Under the pieces are notes generated by a model. The model had not been told where the DNA came from, searched no databases, and worked only from the letters and a program-made list of their open reading frames with translations. The position numbers and the translations under genes are program-made. Positions 34,044-43,684 of a stretch of DNA of 64,000 nucleotides are shown in pieces (within the stretch, counting starts at the first letter, position 1; the number at the start of each line of letters is the position of its first letter). The DNA comes from an uncultured delta proteobacterium (GTDB lineage Bacteria; Myxococcota_A; Polyangia; Palsa-1104): NCBI GenBank assembly GCA_963785725.1, contig CAWAWS010000007.1, positions 211,186-275,185 of the forward strand. The letters run 5' to 3'.

Positions 34044-34955
34044 ATGCGCGTGCATTACCAGCTGCTGGAGACGCTGCTCGAGCTCGAACGCGCGCCGTCG
34101 TTCGCCGCCGCGGCCGCGACGCTGCGCGTGAGCACGTCGGCGGTGAGCCAGCGGCTGCAGCAGCTCGAGCATCAGCTCGGGTTCGCGCTCTTCGAGCGCT
34201 TCGGGCGGCGCAATCGCATGACGCAAGCGGGCCGCGAGCTGTGCGCGACGGTGCGCGAGAGCTTCCAGCAGATCGACGAGAGCGTCGCCAAGATGCGCGG
34301 CGACGACGTCGAAGCGCGCGGCAAAGTGCGCATCGGCGGCCCCATCATCTTCTCGCGCATGTGGCTGCGACCGCGCTTGGCCATCCTGAAGAAGCGCTAT
34401 CCGCTCATCATCCCCGACGTCACGTATCACTTGGCGTGGCGGCTGACCGAGCAGCTGGTCAGCGGCGAGGTCGACCTCTGCATCATCGCCGGGCCGGTCG
34501 AGAACGAGGCGCTCGAGTCGCGGCTCATCTACACCGAGGAGTTCGTGTGCGTCGCCTCGCCCGGCTACCTCGCCGCGCACGGCACGCCGCGCACGCTCGA
34601 GGACTTCGCCAGCCGCCCCTTCATCATCTACGACGTCGACTCGTGGATGCTGCGGCCTTGGTGGCGCGCAAAATTTGGCCAACGCGCACAGCTACCCACC
34701 AAGCACGCCGGCCGCATCAGCAACCTCGATGAGATGTTGGCGCTCACCGAAGCCGGCGTCGCGCTGTGTGTGCTGCCCAGCTTCTTCGTCGACGACGCGC
34801 TGGCGCGGCGGTCGGTCGTGCTCGTCGAGCCGGCGCGTCCGGGCGATAAGCCGGTGCGCCGCGCGCTCTTTCCCATTCACCTCGCGTGGCGCCGCTCCAT
34901 GACGGAGACGGCTCGTTTGCGCAGCGTTCGCGAGTTTCTCCTCGCCGAGCTGTAG
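34044..34955 (+). CDS. LysR family transcriptional regulator
   Basis: N-terminal wHTH LETLLELERAPSFAAAAATLRVSTSAVSQRLQQLEHQLGFALFER, followed by a LysR substrate-binding domain. Confidence 0.9.
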   Translation: MRVHYQLLETLLELERAPSFAAAAATLRVSTSAVSQRLQQLEHQLGFALFERFGRRNRMTQAGRELCATVRESFQQIDESVAKMRGDDVEARGKVRIGGPIIFSRMWLRPRLAILKKRYPLIIPDVTYHLAWRLTEQLVSGEVDLCIIAGPVENEALESRLIYTEEFVCVASPGYLAAHGTPRTLEDFASRPFIIYDVDSWMLRPWWRAKFGQRAQLPTKHAGRISNLDEMLALTEAGVALCVLPSFFVDDALARRSVVLVEPARPGDKPVRRALFPIHLAWRRSMTETARLRSVREFLLAEL

Positions 34956-35010
34956 CTTGGTATCGATGGTCGCTCGCTCCGGCTCGGTCGCAGGTTTGGC
35001 TACCGCTTTC

Positions 35011-35025
35011 TTAAGCCACGCTTAA
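35011..35025. promoter_or_regulatory. candidate LysR-type operator (T-N11-A dyad)
   Basis: TTAAGCCACGCTTAA is a perfect 5-bp inverted repeat containing a T-N11-A core. It lies between the LysR gene and the RND operon. Confidence 0.3.
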
Positions 35026-35083
35026 CAGTATCGTCAGATCTTCGCGGCTGACTGCTGAATCGCAGTTCTCTATGTTGGGGTGC

Positions 35084-35290
35084 ATGAAGCCCGCGGCCAT
35101 GGCCCGTTCGTCACACGAGCTCTTGGAAGAGCTGGCGCAGCTCGCACAGGCGGCCGAGGACGAATTCGGTGAATTGAAGCTGTGCACCGAAGAGCTGGGC
35201 CAGCGCATCCGACACTTGCGGGCCATGGTGGCAGTCGTGCAAAAGCGCGTCGATCGCGTCGACGGTGTCGACATCATCAAAGGGGAGTAA
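35084..35290 (+). CDS. small coiled-coil hypothetical protein directly upstream of the RND permease
   Basis: 68 codons, heptad-like ELLEELAQLAQAAEDEFGELKLCTEELGQRIRHL. Its stop lies 3 nt before the RND GTG, and its 3' end contains the RND SD. Weak own SD. Confidence 0.35.
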   Translation: MKPAAMARSSHELLEELAQLAQAAEDEFGELKLCTEELGQRIRHLRAMVAVVQKRVDRVDGVDIIKGE

Positions 35291-35293
35291 GCC

Positions 35294-38200
35294 GTGTGGA
35301 TCGTCAAGCTGGCGCTACGCCGGCCCTACACCTTCGTCGTCGCCTCGATGCTCATCGTGCTGCTCGGAGTCCTCACGATCCTGCGCATGCCCACGGACAT
35401 CTTCCCCACGATCGACATTCCGGTCATCGCGGTGTGCTGGGTCTACACCGGCATTTCGCCGGAGGAGATGGAAGAGCGCATCGTCAGTAACTACGAGCGC
35501 GCGCTGACGACGACGGTCAACGACATCGAGCATATCGAGAGCAACTCGCTCTCGGGCATCTCGGTCGTGAAGATCTATTTCCAGCCGGGCGCGAATATCG
35601 ACGGAGCGACGGCGCAAGTCACGGCCATCTCGCAGGCGGTGTTGAAGCAGATGCCGCCCGGGATGACGCCGCCGCTCATCATGCAATACAGCGCGTCGAA
35701 CGTGCCGGTCTTGCAAGCGTCGGTGTCGAGCGAGACGCTCGGCGAGCAGGCGCTGCTCGACCTGTCGATGAACTTCTTGCGCGGTGGTCTCGCCGTCGTG
35801 CAAGGCGCGCAGATTCCGTATCCGTTCGGCGGAAAACAGCGCATCGTCATGGTCGACATCGATCCTGACAAGCTCTACGCCTGGGGAATTTCGCCGCAGG
35901 ATGTCTCCGACGCGATCAGCGCGCAGAACCTCATCATCCCCGCGGGCACGGCCAAGATGGGCGACCGCGAATACGCCGTGCGCCTCAACAGCAGCCCCGA
36001 TCTCGTCGAAGCCTTCAACGCGCTGCCGATCAAGACGGTGCGCGGCACGACCGTCTACATGCGCGACGTCGCGCACGTGCGCGACGGCTTCTCACCGCAG
36101 ACGTCGATGGTCCACGTCGACGGTAAGAAAGGCGTGCTCGTACCGATTCGGAAGTCCGGCGGCGCCTCGACGCTCGACATCGTGGCGCGCGTGCGCGCGG
36201 CGCTGCCGGGAATCTTGGCGACGTTGCCCAAAGAGTTCCAGCTGACGCTGCTCTTCGATCAGTCGGTGTTCGTGCGCGGCGCGGTCACCGGCGTCGTGCG
36301 TGAAGCGGCCATCGCCGCCGGCTTGACGGGACTTTTGATCCTCTTGTTCTTGGGCAGCTGGCGCTCGACGATCATCGTCCTCGTCTCGATCCCGCTGTCG
36401 ATCTTGGTGTCGATCATCATCCTCGGTTGGCTCGGGCAGACGATGAACACGATGACGCTGGGAGGGCTGGCGCTGGCCGTCGGCATCCTGGTCGACGACG
36501 CCACGGTCGAGATCGAGAACGTCCACCGCAACATCGGCATGCGCAAGACGTTGGTGCGCTCGATCCTCGACGGCGCGCAGCAGATCGCCGTGCCCGCGTT
36601 CGTGTCGACCACGTGTATCTGCATCGTCTTCGTGCCGGTCGTGTTCATCTCGGGCGCGGCCAAGTCGCTGTTCACGCCGCTGGCGATGAGCGTCGTCTTC
36701 GCCATGATGACGTCGTATCTGCTGTCGCGCACGATCGTGCCGACGATGATGAACTTCCTGCTCGTCAAAGAGGCGGCGTCGCATGACCAGCCGCCCAAGA
36801 CGCGCTTCGAGCATTTTCACGTCGCCTTCAACCGCAAGTTCGCGCAGCTGCAGCGCGCGTACGGCACGCTCTTGGCCGGCGTGCTCGCCAATCGCCGCCT
36901 CTTCTTCGGCGGCTTCGGCGTGTTCGTCATCTTGTCGCTCGGGCTGCTCGGGCTCGTCGGGCGCGACTTCTTCCCGGCGACCGACGCCGGCCAGATCAAG
37001 CTGCACGTGCGCGCGCCGGCCGGGACGCGCATCGAAGAGACCGAGCGCATCTTCGCGTCGGTGGAGAATACGATTCGCCAGGACATTCCGGCGCACGACC
37101 TGGCCAACGTCATCGACAACATCGGCTTGCCGATCTCGAGCATCAACACGGCGCTCGGCGATCCGTCGATGATCTCGTCGGCCGACGGCGAAATCCTCAT
37201 CTCGCTCAAGGAAGACCACCGGCCGACGGCCGAATACATTCGCAAGCTGCGCGCCGACTTGAAGAAGAGCTTTCCCTCGATCGGCTTCTTCTTCCTCGCC
37301 GCCGACATCTCGACGCAGGTGTTGAACTTCGGGCTCTCGGCGCCGATCGACATTCAGCTGGCGGGACCGCTGCCGAATCAGCCGGCGAACCAGGAGATCG
37401 GCAAGAAGCTGCGCGATCAAGTGGCGCTCATTCCCGGCGCCGTCGACGTGCACTTGCATCAGGTGGTCGCGGCGCCGGAGCTGCACGTCAACGTCGACCG
37501 CGCGATGGCCGATCAGCTCGGCTTCTCGCAGCGCGACGTCGCCAACGACCTGTTGGTGACGTTGGCGTCGAGCACGCAGGTGCAGCCCAGCTTTTGGCTC
37601 GATACGAAGAAAGGCGTGCAATACAACGTCGCGGTGCAGACGCCGCAGTACCGGATCGACTCCATCCCGTCGTTTCAGCGCACGCCGATCACCAAGGGCA
37701 CGACGAGCCAGCTGCTCGGCAACATGGCGACGATCGATCGCGGCGTCAGCCCCGCGAACATCACGCACTACAACGTCATGCGCACGGTCGACGTGCTCGC
37801 CAGCGTCGACGGCACCGATCTCGGCACCGTCGCCGACAAGGTGCAGAAGCTCGTCGACGACATCAAGCCCAAGCTGCCGCGCGGCACGAGCATCCTCATT
37901 CGCGGCCAAGTGCAGAGCATGAACGCGTCGTTCCGCGGCCTCAGCCTCGGCATCGTCTTCGCCATCATCCTCGTCTATTTGCTGATGGTCGTGAACTTCC
38001 AGTCGTGGCTCGACCCGTTCATCATCCTGATGGCGCTTCCGGGCGCGCTCTCGGGCATCGCCTGGATGCTGTATTTGACCGGCACGACGCTCAGCGTGCC
38101 GTCGCTGATGGGCGCCATCATGTGCATCGGCGTCGCCACCGCCAACAGCATCTTGCTCATCACGTTCGCCAACGAGCAGCGCGAGCTCGGCTACGACGCG

Positions 38201-38527
38201 CACGACGCCGCGCTCTTGGCTGGCATGACGCGCCTGCGGCCGGTCATGATGACGGCGCTGGCGATGATCATCGGCATGCTGCCGATGTCGCTCGGTCTCG
38301 GCGAAGGCGGCGAGCAGAACGCGCCGCTCGGTCGCGCCGTCATCGGCGGTCTCGGCGTCGCCACCATCGCCACCTTGTTCTTCGTCCCGGCGGTCTACGC
38401 TTCGTTGCGCAAGAAGGCCGTCGTGCGCTCGGAGACGCAGCGCGAGCTCGACGAGGATGACGCCATCGAAGCCGCCGGCGGGCATCGCAAGCCGCCTTCC
38501 ATCACCACTCCCGAGGTCGCCAAGTGA
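35294..38527 (+). CDS. RND family efflux transporter permease (AcrB/CzcA superfamily)
   Basis: 1077 aa. N-terminal MWIVKLALRRPYTFVVASMLIVLLGVLTILRMPTDIFP, 12-TM topology with two large periplasmic loops. GTG start with SD AGGGGAG. Confidence 0.92.
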   Translation: MWIVKLALRRPYTFVVASMLIVLLGVLTILRMPTDIFPTIDIPVIAVCWVYTGISPEEMEERIVSNYERALTTTVNDIEHIESNSLSGISVVKIYFQPGANIDGATAQVTAISQAVLKQMPPGMTPPLIMQYSASNVPVLQASVSSETLGEQALLDLSMNFLRGGLAVVQGAQIPYPFGGKQRIVMVDIDPDKLYAWGISPQDVSDAISAQNLIIPAGTAKMGDREYAVRLNSSPDLVEAFNALPIKTVRGTTVYMRDVAHVRDGFSPQTSMVHVDGKKGVLVPIRKSGGASTLDIVARVRAALPGILATLPKEFQLTLLFDQSVFVRGAVTGVVREAAIAAGLTGLLILLFLGSWRSTIIVLVSIPLSILVSIIILGWLGQTMNTMTLGGLALAVGILVDDATVEIENVHRNIGMRKTLVRSILDGAQQIAVPAFVSTTCICIVFVPVVFISGAAKSLFTPLAMSVVFAMMTSYLLSRTIVPTMMNFLLVKEAASHDQPPKTRFEHFHVAFNRKFAQLQRAYGTLLAGVLANRRLFFGGFGVFVILSLGLLGLVGRDFFPATDAGQIKLHVRAPAGTRIEETERIFASVENTIRQDIPAHDLANVIDNIGLPISSINTALGDPSMISSADGEILISLKEDHRPTAEYIRKLRADLKKSFPSIGFFFLAADISTQVLNFGLSAPIDIQLAGPLPNQPANQEIGKKLRDQVALIPGAVDVHLHQVVAAPELHVNVDRAMADQLGFSQRDVANDLLVTLASSTQVQPSFWLDTKKGVQYNVAVQTPQYRIDSIPSFQRTPITKGTTSQLLGNMATIDRGVSPANITHYNVMRTVDVLASVDGTDLGTVADKVQKLVDDIKPKLPRGTSILIRGQVQSMNASFRGLSLGIVFAIILVYLLMVVNFQSWLDPFIILMALPGALSGIAWMLYLTGTTLSVPSLMGAIMCIGVATANSILLITFANEQRELGYDAHDAALLAGMTRLRPVMMTALAMIIGMLPMSLGLGEGGEQNAPLGRAVIGGLGVATIATLFFVPAVYASLRKKAVVRSETQRELDEDDAIEAAGGHRKPPSITTPEVAK

Positions 38528-39831
38528 AGAGTTTGCCGAAGCAGGAAGCCGAGAGCGCCGAGCAGCCGTATCGCGCGCCCAAGAAGCCGGAAGCGCACGC
38601 GCACGCCGAAGAGACGTTGGAGCTGCCGGCGGCGCCGAATCCGAAGCCGGGGACGTTGGCCAAGATCATCTTCGGCGTCATCGTGCTGGTGGCGATCGGC
38701 TTCGTCGCCGGTCTCTTGCCGAAGCTGCATCAGCGCGCGAGCTTGAACGAAGAGGCGGTCACGCTGGCGACGGAGAAGCTGCGCGTGCAAGTGGCGCATC
38801 CGAGGCAGTCGGACAAGCTGACCAAGACGACGCTGCCGGGCACGGTGAGCGCGCTGCGCGAAGCGGTCATTTATGCGCGCACGAGCGGCTATTTGAAGCA
38901 GCGCAACGTCGACATCGGCGACAAGGTGAAGACGGGGCAGCTGTTGGCGCTGCTGGAGACGCCCGAAGTCGACGAGCAGCTCGGGCAGGCCAAGGCGACG
39001 CTGGAGCAGTCGAAGGCGGCGCGCGAGCAGGTCAAGACGAACCTCGAGTTCGCGCGCATCAGCTTGGAGCGCATTCGTCCGCTGACGCCGGCCGGCGTGG
39101 CGTCGCGGCAGGACTTGGATCAGCGCGAGGCCGCGCATCAGGCGGAGGAGGCGAACTTGCGCGCCGCCGACGCCGCCATCGCCGCCAATCAGGCCAACGT
39201 GCGCCGCTTGGTCGAGCTGCAGAACTTCTCGCACGTCGTGGCGCCGTTCGACGGCACGATCACGGCCCGCAACGTCGACGTGGGCGCGCTCATCACCGCC
39301 GGCAACGGCACGGGCCAGGCGCTGTTCACGCTGGCGGCGTCCGATCCGGTGCGCGTGTTCGTCTCGGTGCCGCAGAGCTTGTCGTCGACGATTCACGCCG
39401 GCGATCTGGCGACGCTGGAAGTGCGCGAGTTCCCCAACCGTAAATTCGCCGGCAAGATCACGCGCGACGCCGCCGCCATCGACGTTCGTTCGCGCACGCT
39501 GCTCACCGAAGTGCAGATTCCGAACAAAGACGGCGCGCTCTTGCCGGGCATGTACGCCAACGTGACGTTCGAGGCGACGCAGCCGCATCCGTCGCTGATG
39601 CTCGACGTCAGCACGCTCATTCAGACGGGCGACGGCACGCAGGTCGCGGTCGTCGGCAAGGACGGCACGCTGCACCTTGCGCCCATCGTCATCGAGCAGG
39701 ATTTGGGCGCCAAGATCGCCATCTCGAGCGGCGTCACCGCCGAGGATCGCGTGGTCCTCAACGCCAACGGCGACCTCCGCGAAGGCCTGGCCGTCGACGC
39801 CATTGACGCTCCGGTCGCTCCAGGTAAGTAA
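38524..39831 (+). CDS. RND efflux periplasmic adaptor (membrane fusion protein)
   Basis: TM anchor, lipoyl/barrel-sandwich segments (ARTSGYLKQRNVDIGDKVKTGQLLALLETPE), coiled-coil hairpin and beta-barrel domains. GTGA overlap with the permease. Confidence 0.88.
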   Translation: MKSLPKQEAESAEQPYRAPKKPEAHAHAEETLELPAAPNPKPGTLAKIIFGVIVLVAIGFVAGLLPKLHQRASLNEEAVTLATEKLRVQVAHPRQSDKLTKTTLPGTVSALREAVIYARTSGYLKQRNVDIGDKVKTGQLLALLETPEVDEQLGQAKATLEQSKAAREQVKTNLEFARISLERIRPLTPAGVASRQDLDQREAAHQAEEANLRAADAAIAANQANVRRLVELQNFSHVVAPFDGTITARNVDVGALITAGNGTGQALFTLAASDPVRVFVSVPQSLSSTIHAGDLATLEVREFPNRKFAGKITRDAAAIDVRSRTLLTEVQIPNKDGALLPGMYANVTFEATQPHPSLMLDVSTLIQTGDGTQVAVVGKDGTLHLAPIVIEQDLGAKIAISSGVTAEDRVVLNANGDLREGLAVDAIDAPVAPGK

Positions 39832-39834
39832 CCC

Positions 39835-41163
39835 ATGCGCACAGCTTCGTTCTCTTTAGTCCTGGTGCTCGTCGGCGCTACGACGAGCCATGCCGCCGAC
39901 AACACCACCATTCCCGCCGTGACCTCCACCGACACGACGGTTCCGCCGGTGCCCACCGACGCGCCCGAGCGCGTCTCGTTCGACGTCGCCGTGCAGCGGG
40001 CGCTGGCGCGCAACCCGCAGGTGCTCATCGCGCAGGCGGAGGTCAAGCGCGCCTGGTCGCTGCTGGAAGAGGCGCGCGCGCCGTCGCTGCCGAGCCTGTC
40101 GGCGCTCGGCTATTACCAGCGCATCGAGGGCAACCGCGGCGCGTCGGGCGTCACCGTCTTGCACGACAACGAGCTCTACGGCGCGCTCAACGTGTCGATG
40201 GCGCTGCTGGCGCCGGCGCAGTGGGCCGCGTGGGCGCACTCGCGCGACAACGTCGAGGTCGCGCGCTTGTCGGCGGCCGACGTGCGCCGCAAGCTGGCCG
40301 TCGCCGTCGCGCATACCTACCTGACGATCGTGGCGCAGCATCGCGTCATCGACGTGCAGGAGCGAGCGCGCGAGAACGCGCAGGCGCACCTCGATTACAC
40401 GCACGCGCGGTTCGTCGGTGGCGTCGGCCCGCAGCTCGACGAGACGCGCGCCGCGCAGGAGCTCGACGCCGACGTCTCGCAGCTCGAGGTCACCTACGGC
40501 CAGATCGTGCTGCAGCAAGAGGCGCTCGGCGTCTTGCTCGGCGTCAATCGCCCGGTCGACTCCGAGCTCGACGTGACGCTGGAGGCGCCGCCGCAGCTCG
40601 ACGAGGCGCTCGGCGATTCGCGCAAGTTGCGCACCGATCTGCGGCTGTCCGAGGAGCGGCTCGTGGCCAGCCAGCACCGCGTGCGCGACGACTACACCGA
40701 CTATTTGCCGTCGATCGTCGGCAGCTTCACGCCGTTCCTGTATACGCCGTCGACGACGTCGGAGCCGGGCAAAGGGTTCGTCGGTTTGTTGTCGTTGAAC
40801 CTGCCGCTCTATGACGGCGGGCTGCGTTACGGCCAGGCGCACGAGCGAGCGGCGTTGCGCGACGAGGCGCAGATCGATCACGAAGGCGTCGCGCGGCAGG
40901 TGGCGAGCGATGTGCGCGCGTCGTATGTCGAGCTGAACCGCGCGCTGCGATCGTTCGAGGCGGCGCGGTCGTCGGCGCGGCGGGCGCAGGCGGCGTTGGC
41001 GATGACGAATCAGGCGTACAAGGCGGGCGCGACGACGAATATCGAGGTCATCGACGCGGAGACGCGGGCGCGTGATGCGGATACGGCGGCGGCGCAGGCG
41101 GAGGATGCGGCGAGGCAGGCGACGATTGACCTGTTGGCGGCTAGCGGGAGGTTTCCGCGGTAG
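39835..41163 (+). CDS. TolC family outer membrane efflux protein
   Basis: Signal peptide. Two OEP repeats with typical sequences (VAVQRALARNPQVLIAQAEVKRA..., LPLYDGGLRYGQ..., YKAGATTNIEVIDAE). Confidence 0.85.
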   Translation: MRTASFSLVLVLVGATTSHAADNTTIPAVTSTDTTVPPVPTDAPERVSFDVAVQRALARNPQVLIAQAEVKRAWSLLEEARAPSLPSLSALGYYQRIEGNRGASGVTVLHDNELYGALNVSMALLAPAQWAAWAHSRDNVEVARLSAADVRRKLAVAVAHTYLTIVAQHRVIDVQERARENAQAHLDYTHARFVGGVGPQLDETRAAQELDADVSQLEVTYGQIVLQQEALGVLLGVNRPVDSELDVTLEAPPQLDEALGDSRKLRTDLRLSEERLVASQHRVRDDYTDYLPSIVGSFTPFLYTPSTTSEPGKGFVGLLSLNLPLYDGGLRYGQAHERAALRDEAQIDHEGVARQVASDVRASYVELNRALRSFEAARSSARRAQAALAMTNQAYKAGATTNIEVIDAETRARDADTAAAQAEDAARQATIDLLAASGRFPR

Positions 41164-41169
41164 GTGGTG

Positions 41170-41453
41170 TTGCGCTGCTCGCGCGGAGGCCAAGTCACGC
41201 GGGGCGGTGCGGTGGGCGCGGGTCCTGTCATCGCGAGCATCTTGTCCGTGCTCGTCTGCGCGCGCTGTTCTAGGCGGGCGGCGCTTTCGCTTCCGAGGTT
41301 GTGGTGTGAGGAGGGTGGTGCGTGATCGTGGGGCGCTCCGCCTGCGCGCGGACAAGAAGCTCGCGACGCCACCCGCGTGACGGGTCCGAGTCCCGCGTGG
41401 CTTGGCGGGGGTCTGTGGGGCAGACGATGACTGGCGGAACACGCCCCTGGACG
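41170..41453 (+). repeat. 284-bp structured repeat, copy L (inverted partner of 42184-42467)
   Basis: A hand alignment to the reverse complement of 42184-42467 gives 8 mismatches and no indels. There is nested internal complementarity: 41189-41203 with 41392-41406, and 41232-41248 with 41349-41365. Confidence 0.9.
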
Positions 41454-41569
41454 AGCCCCTTTCGACGACTGGCGGGGCAGCCTTGGATGGCGGAACAGCC
41501 TTGGGCGAGCGGCGGAGCACGCTTGGGCGCGCGGTGGAGTTGGCTGGGTTGCGACGAGCGGCGGTCGCG

Positions 41570-42070
41570 TTAGGACAGTTGCTTGAGCATCGTGGCGGCG
41601 TCGGAGACTTCGAACTTGTTGCCTTCTTCGATGTTCAGCTGCTTGACGATGCCGTCGTCGACGAGCAGGGAGAACCGCTTCATGCGCACGCCCATGCCGT
41701 GGCCGCTCAGGTCGATGTCGAGGCCGAGCTTCTTGGCGAAGTCGGCGCTGCCGTCGCCGAGGAAGCGGACCTTGCCGATGCCCTTTTCGTCGCGACCCCA
41801 GGCGGCCATGACGAAGCCGTCATTGACCGAGACGCACCAGACTTCGTCGATGCCTTTGGCCTTGAGCGCGTCGCGTTCGGCGATGTAACCGGGGACATGC
41901 TTGGCCGAGCAGGTCGGCGTGTAGGCGCCGGGAAGCCCGAAGATGACGACGCGCTTGCCCTTGGTCGCCTCGGTGACCGACACCGGCTTCGGGCTCAACG
42001 GACAAGCCTCGCCAAACTCGGTGGACTCGAACAACGTAGCCTCGGCAATCCGATCTCCCACTTTGATCAT
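41570..42070 (-). CDS. peroxiredoxin (Prx5/PrxD-like, AhpC/TSA superfamily)
   Basis: MIKVGDRI...VVIFGLPGAYTPTCS (peroxidatic Cys context)...VWCVSVND.FVM.AW. SD AAGGAG before ATG 42070. Confidence 0.88.
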   Translation of the reverse strand: MIKVGDRIAEATLFESTEFGEACPLSPKPVSVTEATKGKRVVIFGLPGAYTPTCSAKHVPGYIAERDALKAKGIDEVWCVSVNDGFVMAAWGRDEKGIGKVRFLGDGSADFAKKLGLDIDLSGHGMGVRMKRFSLLVDDGIVKQLNIEEGNKFEVSDAATMLKQLS

Positions 42071-42183
42071 TGGCTTCTCCTTGTGCCTTTCCATAAGTCA
42101 TCCCCACGCCCCATATCCACCTGATTCTTCCAAATCCGTGCGCAGCGCGCCGTTCCTCGCCAACGCGTGCGTTTCCTGTCACG

Positions 42184-42467
42184 CGTCCAGGGGCGCGTTC
42201 TGCCAGTCATCGTCTGCCCCACAGACCCCCGCCAAGCCACGCGGGACTCGGACCCATCCCGCGGGTGGCGTCGTGAGCTTCTTGTCCGCGCGCAGGCGGA
42301 GCGCCCCACGATCACGCACCACCCTCCTCACACCACAACCTCAGAAGCGAAAGCGCCACCCGCCTAGAACAGCGCGCGCAGACGAGCACGGACAAGATGC
42401 TCGCGATGACAGGACCCGCGCCCACCGCACCACCCCGCGTGACTTGGCCTCCGCGCGAGCAGCGCAA
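42184..42467 (-). repeat. 284-bp structured repeat, copy R (inverted partner of 41170-41453)
   Basis: See copy L. The outer end lies 23 bp from the gcdH stop. It is adjacent to a 17-bp tandem duplication CGCGAGCAGCGCAA(ACT/CC) at 42453-42486. Confidence 0.9.
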
Positions 42468-42490
42468 ACTCGCGAGCAGCGCAACCCCGC

Positions 42491-43654
42491 CTACTCGAAC
42501 GCCGCCAACCCCGTAATGTCCTGCCCCACGATCAACGTGTGAATATGATCGGTGCCTTCGTACGTGAACACCGACTCCAAATTACACATATGGCGTCCCG
42601 ACTGATACTCGTCGGTGACGCCGTTGGCGCCCAACAGATCGCGCGCATCCCGCGCCACGTTGCGCGCCATCTTCACGTTGTTGCGCTTGGCCAACGAGAC
42701 CTGCTGCGGCCGCGCCTTGTGCGACTCCTTCAGCTTCCCCAACCGCCACGACAGCAGCTGCGCCTTGGTGATCTCCTGCACCATATTGACGAGCTTGTCC
42801 TGCACCAGCTGGTAACCGGCGATGGGCCGTTTGAACTGCACGCGGTCCTTCGTGTATCGGAGCGCCTCGTCGTAACACGCCATCGCCGCGCCAATTGCGC
42901 CCCAGGAAATGCCGTAGCGCGCCTGGCTCAAGCATGACAACGGGCCCTTCAACCCGGTGACGCCGGGCAGGAAGCTGTCGAGCGGCACCGCGCAGTCTTC
43001 CATGATGAGCTCGCTCGTCACCGAGGCGCGCAGGCTGAACTTGCCCTCGATGTCGCGCGTCGAGAAGCCGGGCGTGCCGCGCTCGACGAGAAAGCCGCGC
43101 ACGCCGTCGTCCGTGCGCGCCCACACGAGCGCCACGTCGGCCAAGCCGCCCGAGGTAATCCAACGCTTTTCGCCGTTGAGCACCCACTTGTCGCCGACGC
43201 GCTTGGCGTTGGTGCGCAAGTCGCTCGGGTTCGACCCGAAGTCGGGCTCGGTCAGGCCGAAGCAGCCGATGGCTTCACCGCGCGCCATCTTGGGCAGCCA
43301 GCGGTCCTTCTGCGCGTCCGAGCCGTAGGCGTGGATCGGATACATGACCAGCGAGCTCTGCACCGACGCGAAGCTGCGAAAGCCCGAGTCACAGCGCTCG
43401 AGCTCCTGGTTGATGAGGCCATACGCGATCGGCCCCAAGCCCGCGCAGCCGTAGCCTTCCAAGGACGCGCCGAGCGCGCCCATCTCGCCGAGGCGACGCG
43501 GCAGCTCCTTCGGAAACGTGCCGGCGCGGAAGTGTTTGGCGACGATGGGCATGAGCTCGTCGTCGACGAAGCGGCGGAAGGTGTCGCGCACCAGGCGCTC
43601 GTCGTCGGTGAGCAGCTCGTCGAGCGCGAAATAATCGAGTCCGGAAAACGGCAT
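42491..43654 (-). CDS. gcdH: glutaryl-CoA dehydrogenase-type acyl-CoA dehydrogenase
   Basis: 387 aa. GCFGLTEPDFGSNPS, KRWITSGGLAD and YEGTDHIHTLIVGQDITG are typical of the GCDH subgroup. Confidence 0.85.
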   Translation of the reverse strand: MPFSGLDYFALDELLTDDERLVRDTFRRFVDDELMPIVAKHFRAGTFPKELPRRLGEMGALGASLEGYGCAGLGPIAYGLINQELERCDSGFRSFASVQSSLVMYPIHAYGSDAQKDRWLPKMARGEAIGCFGLTEPDFGSNPSDLRTNAKRVGDKWVLNGEKRWITSGGLADVALVWARTDDGVRGFLVERGTPGFSTRDIEGKFSLRASVTSELIMEDCAVPLDSFLPGVTGLKGPLSCLSQARYGISWGAIGAAMACYDEALRYTKDRVQFKRPIAGYQLVQDKLVNMVQEITKAQLLSWRLGKLKESHKARPQQVSLAKRNNVKMARNVARDARDLLGANGVTDEYQSGRHMCNLESVFTYEGTDHIHTLIVGQDITGLAAFE

Positions 43655-43684
43655 GCGATCTGCTTATCACATATACTTTCGAGC

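Noticed and set aside
41322-41573. Duplicated small ORF (MIVGRSACARTRSSRRHPRDGSESRVAWRGSVGQTMTG...) present in both repeat arms; the second copy is at 42067-42315 on the minus strand.
   Set aside because: It is Arg/Ser-rich with a GTG start and no SD. The two copies diverge exactly where the DNA repeat ends. It is most likely a by-product of the repeat rather than a gene, although translation cannot be excluded without data.
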